From assembly GCF_030684315.1 (NCBI RefSeq), contig NC_081383.1, positions 43,849,912 to 43,913,911 of the forward strand: 64,000 nt of DNA, written 5' to 3'. The DNA is from Stegostoma tigrinum (Eukaryota). Shown here piece after piece: positions 25,525 through 38,263 of the stretch; the stretch's first letter is position 1, and the number at the start of each line of letters is the position of its first letter. A program made the position numbers and the translations under genes. The notes under the pieces were generated by a model. The model did not search any database. It was not told the DNA's origin and worked only from the letters and a program-made list of their open reading frames with translations.

Positions 25525-27390
25525 AAACATGGACATTAAGACCTTCTTTAAACATACGAAAAGGGAAACAGGGGCCGAAAGTGAATATCGCCTAATAGAA
25601 AACAAGACTTGGGAAATAATAATGGGAAACCAGGAACTGGTAGAAGACATGAATAAAAACAGTGGGGGACATTAATAGCATTCCAATACTACTAAATAAT
25701 CCAAGGGCAAAAGTGGGGTTGGAAATTACATTAACTGTCACTAGAAAAAATGTACTGGGGAAACCAGTAGGACTAAAGACTACTGAGACCCAAGGACTGA
25801 TGGACCACATCCTAGTGCTTTAAAAGAAGAAGCTGCAAAGATAGTGGATGTACTGATAATGCTTCGAAGAATCCTTAGTTTTGGGAGAAGTCCCAAAGGA
25901 TTGGAAACTGCTAATGTAACACCCTTATTTAAAACATGAGGGAGACAACAAAATAGGTAGCCATAGGCTTAGCTTATATTAGCTTTACATTTATCATTGG
26001 AAAAACATTACTCTATTATCAAGGATGTAATAACAAGCATTTAGAAATGTGTAATAACATTAAGCAATGAGCATGGCTTCATGAATGGAAGATCATTCGA
26101 GATGAACTTATTACCTTATTACAGTATTGTTTTAACAATTCACTCCTAGGATGGTGGGTGTCATTGCCTAGGAAGGCATTTATCACCCGTTCCTAGTTGC
26201 CTTTGAGAAGGTAGTGGCAAGGCAGTAACAAACAAAATGGATAAAGGGGCACCAGTTGACATAATATATTTGGATACCCAAAAGGTGTTTGATAAGGTAT
26301 TGCACATAACCTGTTTAATAAGAGCCCATGATGTTGAGGGAAGTACATTAGCATGGTAAGAGGATTGGTTAACTAATAGAAGACAAAGATTTGGAATAAA
26401 GAGAGTATTTTCAGGACAGCAAGCTGAAACATTGGAGTGTCACAGGGATCAGTGCCGGGGCCAGGATTATTTCAATATAAAAGTAGAAGCCAAATTTATG
26501 GCTCTCACGAAAAGACAAGTAGTGAGGATGGCACAATGAGTCTGCAGAGGAATACAGGCAGGTTAAAAGAATGGGAAAAACTTGACAGATGTAATACCCT
26601 GTGGGAAAATTTGAGGTTATGCATTTTGGCAGGGAGACAGAGTAATTGAATACTAGTTAAGTGGAGAAAGACTGCAGAAAACTAAGAAACAGATGGATTT
26701 GGTAGTCTTTGTCCTTGAATCTCAAAATGTTGGCATTTAAGTTCAGCGAGTAATAGGGAAGATAAATGGAATGGTTGGCATTTATTTCCAAAAGAAGTAG
26801 TGTATAAAATTAGATAGAGTTCGCTAAAACTATACAAGGCACTAGTCAGACCACACTTGGATTACTGTGAACAGTTTTGGGCCTCTTATCCAAAGAAAGA
26901 TATACTGATATAAGGGGCAGTCCAGGGAAGGTTCGTTCGGTTGATTCTGGGTATGGAAGGATTTTCTTAGATATAAAGAGAGTAGACTCAGACTTATATT
27001 CATTCAAGTTTAGAAGGAGGAGAAGAAACCTTATTGAAATATCCAAGATTATTGGGGAGCTTGACAGGCTAGATGCAGGAAGTTGCATCAACTTGTGGAA
27101 TGTATAGGACAAGGGAATAATCTCAGCATAAATGGTCAAGACAGAGATGAAGAACTTTCTTTTAAAATCAGAGGTAGTCAATTTGTTGAATTCGCTACCA
27201 TAGAGGGACATTGATCTTGGGTCATTAAGTATATTCAAGGCTTAAACAGACAGATATTTAATTAATAATGAGACCAAGGGCTACAGGGTTAAATGAAGAA
27301 AAGTATGACGTCAGCCGTGATATCATTGAATGGTGGAGCACACACAAAAGGGTTGAATGGCCTTTTTCTGCTTCAATGTCCTATGGCCTA
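25525..27390 (+). mobile_element. CR1 LINE ORF2 fragment, second subfamily
   Basis: Remnants of DWK.ANVTPLF, QHGF, VSQGSVPGP and [17 protein letters not shown]. Confidence 0.85.
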
Positions 27391-28059
27391 CGATTGCATT
27401 CCTGAGCTTCCTGCTGCCTTTCATTTCATTTCTCCATCTTGCTCAAACAAGCAACTTACTGTCCTCGGCCTGCTTTACTTTTCCAATGAAGGTCAACACA
27501 AGCTCAAGGGACAGATTTTGATTTCAGCATTTTGACCCTGTAACACTTAGGCTGTATTTCAAAAATACCCAAGGTCTCCCGAGCTGTTTACTCAAATGGT
27601 CTTTAGTAGTTTGCTCGCTACCTCCACCTTACAACTCTCTTCAAAAGAAAGGACAAAATAACCTCTTAAGGTGACAGCATTATCACATCAGCATCTTGCC
27701 ATTTACATCTCTGCAGGCACATCTTATTTGTTCCTTTGATTTTTCCATTATCACTCCCTTCAGCTTTGCACTATTAAACCTTTTGTCCTGCCCTCCGCTT
27801 GATCACAGATCTTGCCTTTTGTTCTTCCCACATTCCCTCTTTTTGTTTGCACAAAATCTATTACATATCTAATTTTTCTCTGCTCTGACAGGAGGTCACT
27901 AACATGAAACATCAACCGTTTGTCTCTTCATAGATGCTACCAGATTTTCTGAATATTTCAAAGTTGTTAATTTTTGCACCAGATTTCCAACTTTACAATA
28001 TTTTGTTTTTGTACTAAATGATAATTTTGACATCTGTCTTTTTCAAGAAAGAAGATGCT

Positions 28060-29370
28060 GCCAAAGTCAGGGTGAAAGAGAAGATAGTTGAGATACTAGA
28101 TAGGCTCCAAATTGATATCAGGTACTAGAAAGGTTGTCTGTACTTTGTTGAAAAGTCACCAGCATCAGATGGTTTGCACTTCATGATTCTTAGGTTGGAT
28201 AGGTAGAAGACATGGAGGCACTAGAATTAATCCTTTATTGTCCTTAGGTATAGGAGTGGTGCCAGAGGATTGAAAATTACAAATGTGCATCCTTTTCCAA
28301 AAAAGAATGTACGAATAAACCTAACAATTGGAAGCCAGTCATTTGCATCTCAATGACAGAGAAGTGTTTAGAAATGCTTATCTGGGACAAACTGTACAAT
28401 GATTTAAGCATGTGGGGATTAATTAAAGAAAGCACTTATTTTTTTAAAAAGTAAATCATATTTCATTAACATAGATAAGTTTTTGATGAGTAAAAGAGAA
28501 GGTGGTAGAGAGCAAAGTGATCGAAGTGCTGCACATGGATTTACAAGAAGCGTTTCATTGAATTCGACTTACTGCGCTTGCCAGCATGATTGAAGTCCTT
28601 AAAAATCAAATATTCAGCAATAACACAGATGCAAAGTTGATTCAGTGAGATTAAATGTAGTATTGATGAATGATTGTTGTTTTTGGCTGGATTTTGTACT
28701 GATGTTCTCCTAGGGTTGGTACTGGGGCCACTGCTTTCCTTGATATATATTAATAACATGGGCTTCAGTATGCAAGTCACAATTTTTATTGTGTAGTTAT
28801 TACAGAACATATAAGTATTATGAGTGAGGGAGGATGGTAATACATTAGACTACAAGAGAACATATGCTGGTGGAAGGGTGGGCATCTTGTAAATTAGTTT
28901 TAATGCAGAAAGCTGTCAATGGGAAAGTATAACACAAAACAAAGGGTACGATTCTAAAGAAAATACAGGGTCAAATAGACCTGGAGATAAACTGTTGGAA
29001 GCAACAGGGCAAGTTAAGACATAATTAATATGGGATCTTGGACTTCATAGTTGGGGAGAAAAAGCAAGACCAAAAGTTCTTCATGAAATGCTGATTTAGC
29101 TTCAGACTTAGGGAAAATATAATGTTATTAGAGGGTGCAGAAAATATTTGTAAGAATGATTCCAAGGACAAGGGAGTCCAATGACATTTTACGACGTGAT
29201 GAGGTGTTATGCTCTCACTTTAAGTGGTCATCAAGACAGAGGTGGGCCTTGAAGAGGAAGAATGCATAGTTACAGGAAGAAGGCAAGAGGATGGTACTTG
29301 TTTAGATGTTCATTTAAACAGCCACCACAGATACAATAGGCTAAATGGCCTCCTACATTTTAACAATTTT
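28060..29370 (+). mobile_element. Old CR1 LINE ORF2 fragment
   Basis: Degenerate VVPED..ITNV..LF.K, MDLQEAF and VLLGLVLGPLLSLIYINNM motifs. Confidence 0.7.
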
Positions 29371-29884
29371 GGGTTCTGGACTGGAGAGATGTTTATTCAT
29401 GCAGTGGGCATTTTTGCTTGATTCACTCAGTTTCTTTTTGCAAGCACTATTTGGGTTCGTTTTCAGTCACATTCACCATTAAACTTGTCCAAAATATTTG
29501 GGTCTTCACTCGCTAAAAACCCCGACGTAACAGCTTCTCATTCTCATCAATTAGGAGTAATCGCAAAGTACACTCAAAACATTGGACATTCACAAGTTAA
29601 AATTCTTGTTTTTCATTCGGCTGATTGACATTGTCACTCCCATTCAACTGGAGACCAGCAGGCAATGTGACACCCTGAGATCCGTACTCCCATCGCAATT
29701 AATTCCGAACTCTCTACCAACGACATGACAGTCTGGTACATTTAACTAGCCCAAGGGAAAAAAAATCACCCTATACAAACTTGAAAACATTTCAAAAGAA
29801 AATATTAAGTCATATAATCTGTAATTATAACCATTATTTAACCGTTTATCCCCCTGAAGATCTGACTTACCACCAACTCCCTCA

Positions 29885-30030
29885 CACACCTTTCCCGCCT
29901 TCACCTGTGCACGATTCCGCCCACAGCACTGATTGGTGCAGTGACAGTAACCGCCCCCCACAACCCCGGTATGGCAGCTCTGATTGGCTCATTCGTTTAT
30001 CAATGCTGACAGGAGCACCAACGGCCGTTT
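29885..30030 (+). promoter_or_regulatory. Candidate TATA-less promoter of the ZNF462-like gene
   Basis: Local CpG enrichment in otherwise CpG-poor DNA. TTTCCCGCC at 29891, GC boxes (CCGCCC near 29917 and 29951), two reverse CCAAT boxes (GATTGG at 29931 and 29982) and CAACGG near 30020. Confidence 0.6.
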
Positions 30031-30129
30031 GGGTCTTCGAGAGCGAAGTGGTGGCCGAGGGCTGCCGGGCAATATGGTGTTTGTATAACAGCTTCTGATT
30101 GATGCTCTTGGACTGGCCGTGGGTGCGAG
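30030..30129 (+). other. Candidate non-coding first exon of the ZNF462-like gene (start approximate)
   Basis: GC-rich stretch after the promoter elements, ending at the donor GAG|gtaaag (GT at 30130). Confidence 0.5.
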
Positions 30130-30804
30130 GTAAAGATAATGTTGTAGGGAATAGACTAGATGCGGATTTTCACTAGCTTGGCCACCTGCTTCCCTCCTGG
30201 TTGGCTTTGAATCTGGCGGTTGGGATGAGCCTTCCAGTGAGAGGCCACTGGCTTTACCCTATATTTGATGAATCGTTCAAAAACTGACTGATAATAAGGG
30301 CCTCATTCCACCCACACTCGCTAGCTTTCACTGTTGCTTGAAGGTACATGTGTCAGTTGTAAGTTGGACAACAGTGGGTTCGCAATCTCCCGTTTAGATG
30401 CACTTTTTGCTGTACTGGGTTTCAATGTAAACACTTTCAGTTTGGTTTAAAATGTTCCCTATGTCAGGACTCTGCTGAGGACAATTGACTACTTGGGATA
30501 TGAGGAACGTTGAACATTTTGGTGAAATTGCTGCCGAGAACTCAGTTGGAACTACGCTGTCACTGACCTATGTCAATAACAACCCCCATCACTTTTTTCT
30601 GTGTACATTGTTGGTATATGACCATTGCAAGTTGTTAGACCAACATGAAGCAAGAGTTAGGGAATAAAAAAGGCGGGGGGTGGAAACCTGCAAAGCGATT
30701 TAAGAGCTAAACAGAAATAATTTAAAAATTCCAGATTTGGAATACCAGAACAAGGAGAATCTGCCAAACATGCAACCCAGTGTCTGTGTATTCTATATAT
30801 TTCT

Positions 30805-31360
30805 GGCCAGGCTAGCATTTATTGCCTGTTCCTAATTGCCCAGAGGGCTGTTAAGAGTCCACCACATTGCTGTGGGCCTGGAGTCACATTTAGCATGAAA
30901 TAGGAAAGCAGCTTCCTTCCCTGAAGGACATAGGTGAATCATTGGGTTTTTTTTCCCCAATGATCAACATGGGATTCATGGAAATGCTCAGCAGGCCTGG
31001 CAGCATCTATAAAGAGAAATCAGCATTAAAGTTTTGGGCCCAGTGAACCTTCATCAGAATCCTTCTGAAGAAGGATTGCTGAACCTGAAACGTTAACTCT
31101 GATTTCTGTTCTTAAATGTTAGACCTGCTGAGTGTTTCCAGTAATTTTTATTTTTGTTTTTGATTTACAGTATCTGCAGTTCTTTTTTAAAAAAGAATGG
31201 ATTTGTGGTCATCGTTAGATTCTTAATTCCAGATTCTTTTAAATTAAATTCAAATTTCACCATCGCAATGGTAGGATTCAAACCCAGATCCCCAAAACAT
31301 TACCTCGGGCTCTGGATTAACAGTTCAGCAATAATATCATTAAGCCATCACCTTCTCCTT
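30805..31360 (-). mobile_element. tRNA-headed SINE interrupted by an inverted-repeat Penelope pLTR element (about 30980-31185)
   Basis: Homologous to 5420-5752. The insert carries two oppositely oriented CTGA(T/A)GA...(G/A)AAAC cores at about 31028-31057 (-) and 31065-31094 (+). Confidence 0.7.
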
Positions 31361-31459
31361 TAATGCATAATGCAGTTTGATGCAAATTGGACAGAATGCA
31401 GCGATGCTTTAATTCTGCGTTGTGCAGTGTAGATTCTAAGTTTTTTTGTTTCTGAACAG

Positions 31460-31564
31460 GTTTGAAATTACTGAACCTGTTAGATCTTAACACATTGTGA
31501 AATCGTTATACATTGTCTTTCCTTGTAAAGATTTTGACAAAACCACAATTTGATATAATATTGT
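31460..31564 (+). other. Candidate non-coding 5'UTR exon of the ZNF462-like gene
   Basis: Strong acceptor ttttttttgtttctgaacag| and donor TGT|gtaagt around 105 nt of unique sequence. Confidence 0.4.
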
Positions 31565-31607
31565 GTAAGTTTTATTGTCTACCAATTTGGAGAGACAGTA
31601 GTTGATT

Positions 31608-31890
31608 CATAGAATCCCAACAGTGTGGAAACAGACTATTTAGCTCATCGAGACCCCTCCAAAGAGCTTCCCACCCGAACTCACCCCCTCTCCTATCCCT
31701 TTAACCCTACATTTTCCATGTCCAACTCACCTAACCTGCACATCTTTGGACTGTGGGAGAAAGCTGGAGGAAACCCACAATGACCTGGGGAGAAGGTGCA
31801 GACTTTCCCAAACAACTAGCCAAGGCCTGAATCAAACCCTGGTCTCTGGCACTTGTGATGTAGCAGTGGTAACCACTGAGCCACTGTGTT
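31608..31890 (-). mobile_element. HE1-type SINE
   Basis: Minus-strand head CACAGTGGCTCAGTGGTTACCACTGCT and core homologous to the other copies. Confidence 0.8.
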
Positions 31891-31981
31891 GCTGGGCAAT
31901 GTCACTGGACTGATGGTGCAGAGGCCTAGGATAATTCCGAGGTGATAATTCTCTTGTGGTGACTGGAAGAATTTAATAAGT

Positions 31982-32872
31982 TTTTTTCCTTCCCCACAGA
32001 GGGACTCCCTTGACAGCTCCATGTTTCCCACCACACCCAGCACTTTTCCGTGCAACCGCAGGAAGTGCTACACCTGCCCTACACCAACCCCCTCACCCCC
32101 AGCCCAGGCCCTAAGAAGACCTTCCACATCAAACAGATGTTCACCTGCACATCTGCTAATGTAGCATACTGTATCTGCTGTTCCCGATGTGGCTCTCTCT
32201 AAATCGGGGAAACCAAGCAGAGGCTTGAAGACCGCTGTGGAGCACCCATGCTCTGTTTGCAACAAACAACTGCACCTCCTAGTTGCGAACCACTTCAACT
32301 CCCCCTCCCACTCCTTGGACGACCTGTCCCTTCTGGGCCTCCTTGCAGTGCCACAATGATTCCACTCGAAGGTTGCAGGAACAGCACCTCCATATTTTGC
32401 TTGGGAACCTTGCAGCCCAATGGTATCAATGTGGACTTCACAAGCTTCAAAATCTCCCCTCCTCCTTCAGCATCCCAAAACCAACGCAGCTCATCCCCGC
32501 CTCCCTAACCTGTCCATCCTTTCTCCCACCTATCCACTCCTCTCACCCCCACCTCTACCTACCAGCCTCATCCCCGCCTCCTTGATCTGCCCATCTTCCA
32601 CAGACTGATGAACCCCCACCCTAGCTCCCCAATTACATCACCTTTACTAGCTCCATCCTCACCCGTTTGACTTGTCTGTCCTTTATCCAACTTCTACCTG
32701 CCTCCCTTTTTCTCTCTCTCTTTATTTCAGAATCCCCTTCCCCCAATTCTGAAGAAGGAGCTTGACCCGAAACATCAGCTTTCCTGCTCCTCTGCTGCTT
32801 GGCCTGCTGTGTTCATCCGGCTCTACACCTTGTTATCTCAGATTCTCCGGCAGCAGCAGTTCCTACTATCTT
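31982..32872 (+). mobile_element. Penelope-like element 3' part: GIY-YIG endonuclease + pLTR
   Basis: GPKKTFHIKQMFTCTSANVAYCICCSRCGSL*IGETKQRL is a Penelope GIY-YIG domain. Hammerhead-like core at 32749-32776. 14-bp direct repeat AGAATTTAATAAGT at 31968-31981 and 32873-32886. Confidence 0.9.
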
Positions 32873-33440
32873 AGAATTTAATAAGTGTTGTTTTTGTGAT
32901 TTACCTAGTGGTACTTATTTGAGGCGTGGTCTACCAAGGGACATGGTTTATTATCATTGACACACGATGTATGCATGTAGTTCTATGAAAGCTGTCTTTC
33001 GCTCTAATTTCCCAAGTAACCTTACAGTTCTTAACTGTCTATGTTCTCACACTAGTTTAAAATCCACTTTAGAAACGCAAGATGGTAAAGAAATTTATAC
33101 AACCCCAATTGCAACTGGCCAAACTGAGAATTTCTTCTAGTCCTAAGGTTCCTGCATCTTGGTGCTAATATTGTCGGAAGGAGTGGCAAGTCCTTTGATT
33201 TGAGTAGTCCCCTTTAAATACAGCTATCCAGCGCATCTCCAAGTATAATGGCTTACTGTCACTTGCGATGTGGAGATGCTGGTGTTGGATTGGAGTGGAT
33301 AAGGTCAGAAATCACATGATACCAGATTATAATCCAGCAGGTTTATTTGAAGACACTTTCGGAGCCTCAGTCCTTCTGTACAATGACTCACCCTCCAAAA
33401 GCTTGTGTTTTCAAATAAACCTGATGGACTGTAACCTGGT

Positions 33441-33900
33441 TAACGAAATGTGAGGCTGGATGAACACAGCAGGCCCAGCAGCATCTCAGGAGCACAAAAG
33501 CTGACGTTTCGGGCCTAGACCCTTCATCAGAGAGGGGGATGGGGTGAGGGTTCTGGAATAAATAGGGAGAGAGGGGGAGGCGGACCGAAGATGGAGAGTA
33601 AAGAAGATAGGTGGAGAGGAGAGTATAGGTGGGGAGGTAGGGAGGGGATGGGTCAGTCCAGGGAAGACGGACAGGTCAAGGAGGTGGGATGAGGTTAGTA
33701 GGTAGGAGATGGAGGTGCGGCTTGGGGTGGGAGGAAGGGATGGGTGGGAGGAAGAACAGTTTAGGGAGGCAGAGACAGGTTGGACTGGTTTTGGGATGCA
33801 GTGGGGGGAGGGGACGAACTGGGCTGGTTTTGGGATGCGGTGGGGGAAGGGGAGATTTTGAAGCTGGTGAAGTCCACATTGATACCATTGTAACAACACC
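33441..33900 (-). mobile_element. Penelope pLTR fragment nested in a small inverted-repeat element (about 33265-33930)
   Basis: Homologous to 32420-32840. Intact hammerhead core at 33503-33530. 13-bp duplication ACTGTAACCTGGT at 33428-33440 and 33901-33913. Confidence 0.85.
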
Positions 33901-35277
33901 ACTGTAACCTGGTGTTGTGATTTCTCGCTATTACTTAACAACAGCAGTTTGATATAACGTTGTAGTCAACACAGCTCAGATCCTCCATGTAAATTGCACT
34001 TCTGTCCCAAGAAGGGTGTTGGAAAAGGCAGTATTGGATATTGTAATTTCCCCTATTGATTTAAGCCAACCTTAGGAGCTGGGCAGTCTCAAAACGGTCC
34101 CATTGAAACTCTGATCAATTGTTCCACCGGAAACCTTGCATTGTTGTCCCATCAACACCTATTCAAATAGTAAATCAAGCTAAATGGTTTGCATATATGT
34201 GTGGCTTGATCCAGTTTGACAGTGAATTCTTTAAACTTCCTGTCTTACCATCTCCATCCCATTGTCTCATTAACACCAATTTAATATGATCAATCAACAT
34301 AAATGGCTTGCATAGCTGTCTGCCTTGAGCCAATTCCTAGCTTCTTGTACAGTTGGCCAATGTTGCTTTTAGTGTCCCAAGAAAGCAGTTATTTTATTTC
34401 CAAGGAATGATCTGTTGTCTACATTTTTTTTAAAAAATTCAATACAACCTTGAATATAAAACTTGTCTCACTGGCGACTACAAAATTATCATCAATCGTT
34501 ATCAAGAATAACATGGTTCAATGAAATGCTTTAGCAAAGGAACTCTTGCCATCCTTTACCCAGGCCTATATGTGACTCCAGATCCACAGCAATTATGTTG
34601 ACCCTTAAATGCGAGCAGGCCACTCATTTTCGTGCACAATTAGAGAACGGCGACAAATGCTCACCATACCAGTGGCACATACTTCTTATAGTCATACAGC
34701 ACGGGAATAGAGCCTTTGGTCCAACTCCTTTGTGCTGACCGGATAACCAAAACTGATCTAGTCCCATTTGCCAGCATTTGGTCTGTCTCCCTCTAAACCC
34801 TTCCTATTCATGTACCCATGCAGTTGATTATTATGAGAGCTTTATTTCACTTGTGTGGATCTGTGATCCTCTGCCTAAGAAGATAGCAGAAATTGATCTC
34901 CATTTTTTAAAAAAGATGTTGGACAGGTGTGTGGAGTATGACGGCCAAAGAGAGGGGCCATGGGACTTCTCCCAACTTGTTCTGCATTAAAGATGACAAA
35001 CATATTTTTGTTTCCTGATGGGTAAAATTTTCTCATGCTCAACATGTTCAGTGCTTTTAAAGAAAAATGTTTTACGTTGTAATGAAGGCTCTGTACTACT
35101 TGGGTATTGCTAACATGTGTTCAGGTTAGAATAAACTGTAGAATTTGTGCTTGCAGGTGGATACTATTGATTAAGATCACAGGGACACACCTTTCCTGTA
35201 CAAATGACATATTTACATACACAAATTTATTGGAGGAGTTTTTGAACTAGGCATGGATTGCAAAAATGCAACACCTC

Positions 35278-35840
35278 TATAACCCAGAGAAATACGGAAG
35301 TTGAGGTTGTTGATTTGCCTGCCAAGCTGGTTTGTTTTTGATCAGATGTTTCGTCACCATGCTAGGTGGAGCCTCTAATGAAGCAATTTGCCTGAAATTT
35401 ACACTGTCTGTTCTGTTATGCTGAGTGCTGTCATTTCTGGTTTTGATCTGTGTGAGTTTGTGTATGGGGTCCAATTCTGTATGTTTGTTGATTTGAAGTA
35501 TGGTTGGAGACCCATGCCTGTATGAATTCCCGTGCATGTCTGTGTTAGTTTTGGGCTACTATGTTTACCTTGTCCCAGTTAAACTGATGGCTTTCATTGT
35601 CTGTATGTTCCGATACTAAGGAGAGTTTGTCATGCTGTTTCGCTGTTAGCTGACGTTCATGTACAGACTGGACAGTTTAAATTCCAAGAAGAGTAGAATA
35701 ACATCGCTTTATCAGAGGCTCCACTGATGATGCCACCTAACATGGTGATGAAACGTCTGAACAGAAACAAGCCAGCTCGACAAGCAAGTCAACAACCTCA
35801 TCTGTAACCCGAGCTACAGATCTTTGCTAAAACTTTTAAA
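35278..35840 (-). mobile_element. Penelope element of a second family, ORF C-terminus with inverted pLTR
   Basis: Minus strand VHERQLTAKQHDKLSLVSEHTDNESHQFNWDKVNIV...HAREF. 35300-35376 is the reverse complement of 35714-35800. Hammerhead core at 35724-35757. Confidence 0.8.
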
Positions 35841-36943
35841 TATGGAAGTTGGAAGCCAATTTATTTAAAAATATTTTGAATTTGGCTTTTGAATGAACTA
35901 AAGATTATAGAGGCGGGGGACTATCGATAAGAGGCTGTTCATGAAGATATTTAAGTGATCATGTGTGGATGTGCCAAAAGTGTCATTCAGTGTTTCAGCA
36001 ACAGATGGGGTGAGCCAAGTGATGGAAGTGAACAAAGTTATAGAATTGAAAGTAACTTTTAATTTTTTTTTAACATTTTGAAATTTGATTTATTTATTTC
36101 ATCTGCACTAAAAGTTAAGGACATGTGGGTCATTTTGGCTTATTAGCAGTGTGACAAATCAGGCCAGGACTACGATGAAGTGGGGAGAGCTGAGCAGTTC
36201 AAACATATGTTTCCTTAATCTGCGGAGATTGCATTGCATTCCATGGAAGGGAACTGAAACATGTTGCCTTTGTGAGAGGAGCTTTGGGCTGAATAGAAAA
36301 TACACCGGCAGAGCATGACCTTAACACATTCTATTGTTGGAGGGCAGGTTTCGGTCATGGAGAGTAGACTAAATAAATGTGGAAGCATGTAAGGATTGGG
36401 ATTTAGATTAGGCAGAACAAAAAGTAAGCACCTGAGATCAAGAAGGCATATAAACAATAATGAAACACACCAGAACGTTGGTTAGACCCCTTGTGGAATA
36501 TTACATCAATTCTGGTCTCCCTACTGTAGGAAGGATGTAGTTAAACTTGAAGGTGTTCAGGAAAGATTTACAAGGATGTTTCCAGGTTTGAAGGGTTTGA
36601 GCTATAGAGAGAGGCTGATTAGATTGGGATTTTTCCCTGGAGTGTCGAAGGCTGAGGGGTGACCTTTCTAGAGATTTTGAAAATCGTGAGTGGCATGGAT
36701 AGGGCGACTATTTAAGGACTTTTCCCCAGGGTAGTGGAGATGAAAACTAGAGGGCATAGGTTAATGTGAGAGGGGAAAGTTTTAAAAGGGACCTGAGGGC
36801 AAATTTTTCAGGCAGAGGGTGGTTATGTATGGAATGAGCTGACAGAGGAAGTGGAGGATGGTACAATAACATTTTAAAAGGCATCTAGATGGCTATTTTA
36901 GAGCATTGATAATTGGAGGCAGATAGCAGCAGATTAAGACGCT

Positions 36944-37139
36944 NNNNNNNNNNNNNNNNNNNNNNNNNNNNNNNNNNNNNNNNNNNNNNNNNNNNNNNNN
37001 NNNNNNNNNNNNNNNNNNNNNNNNNNNNNNNNNNNNNNNNNNNNNNNNNNNNNNNNNNNNNNNNNNNNNNNNNNNNNNNNNNNNNNNNNNNNNNNNNNNN
37101 NNNNNNNNNNNNNNNNNNNNNNNNNNNNNNNNNNNNNNN
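36944..37139. other. Assembly gap (196 N)
   Basis: Run of N characters. Confidence 1.
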
Positions 37140-37505
37140 TTTTCAACGTTTTGACCGGGACTTAACCAGAGGGGAATGAAGGAGCTGGAGAGCCCCGGAG
37201 GTGAATTCCGGAGCCAAGGCCAGCACGGGGAAGCAGTCCCAGACTGGAGGTCGGTGTAGGGAAATGAGTCCTGGAGAAAACCTAATCTTAGAGCAGCCGA
37301 GAGCCGGTGCAGAGTGGACTCGAGGCTTGGAGTGGAGACAGTTGTTGGACTGTTGCTGGGCATGGGTGGTCAGACCATGTGTGGAAGCCCCTGTGATGAG
37401 CTACTGCAATGTAATTTTTTATTTGTCATTTGCTTATTTGATTGTAATGTCTATCCTTTTAACATATACTATGAATCACTGTAAAGTAATGCAACTACTC
37501 TTTCT

Positions 37506-37635
37506 CTGATGAAGGGTCTAGGCCCGAAACGTCAGCTTTTGTGCTCCTGAGATGCTGCTTGGCCTGCTGTGTTCATCCAGCCTCACATTTTATTATCTTG
37601 GAATCTCCAGCATCTGCAGTTCCCATTATCTCTGA
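37506..37635 (+). mobile_element. 130-bp Penelope pLTR insertion starting at a hammerhead core
   Basis: CTGATGA-A-GGGT-CTAG-GCCC-GAAAC-GTC at 37506-37533. 10-bp duplication TACTCTTTCT at 37496-37505 and 37636-37645. Confidence 0.85.
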
Positions 37636-38263
37636 TACTCTTTCTTTTCTATTCCTTTTTGTATCTAAGATTTGTGCCTAGGCACTTTGTACCTAAGATT
37701 GTGCCGTAAGAGGCAACATTCCCTGTACTGCTGTACTTCTGTCTTTGAGTGCATATGACAAATAAAGATATTCTAATTCTAAAACATGTAGGAAGGTTTG
37801 GAGGGATTATGGACCAAATGCTGGCAAATGGGACTGGATTAATTTATGACATCTGGTTGGTATGGTCAAGTTGGACCGAAGGGCCTCCTTCTGCGCTGTA
37901 CCTCTGTGACTCTAAAAATAATTGAAAATGAGACTGGGAGCAGTGTGCAGCAGTCAACATTGCTGTGAAGCTGACTGGGAGTGGTGTGCAGTGAGTCAGC
38001 ATTGTTTAAATCAGTGCAAAAGTAGAGCAGTGAACACTTTGCATTTCAAGTGAAGGAATCTCACTGCAGTACAGGTTAAGTACCTCAGCTTTTCTAAAGG
38101 GTTAGTACAGTCAGTTCATCTTCTACTTAGTACAGGGAGTTCAGGTAGTGAGTAAGTTGGTGGGGGGGGGGGGGTGGTGCTGCTATTTGTTAGAGAGTGA
38201 TAACTGTAATTTTTAGATTACAAGTTAAAACTTAGCTACCTAACAGCCAGCAGAGGGTTAGTC

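Larger units (their letters stand above)
36470..37915 (+). mobile_element. CR1 3' fragment (36470-36893 + about 37783-37915) split by a younger insertion containing the assembly gap
   Basis: LVRPLVEY..QFWSP...RLRGDL...TFKRHLD, with the CR1 3'UTR resuming after an AATAAAGATATTCTAATTCTAA tail at about 37761-37782. Confidence 0.7.

Noticed and set aside
36893-37363. ORFs containing X runs
   Set aside because: Artefacts of the N gap.
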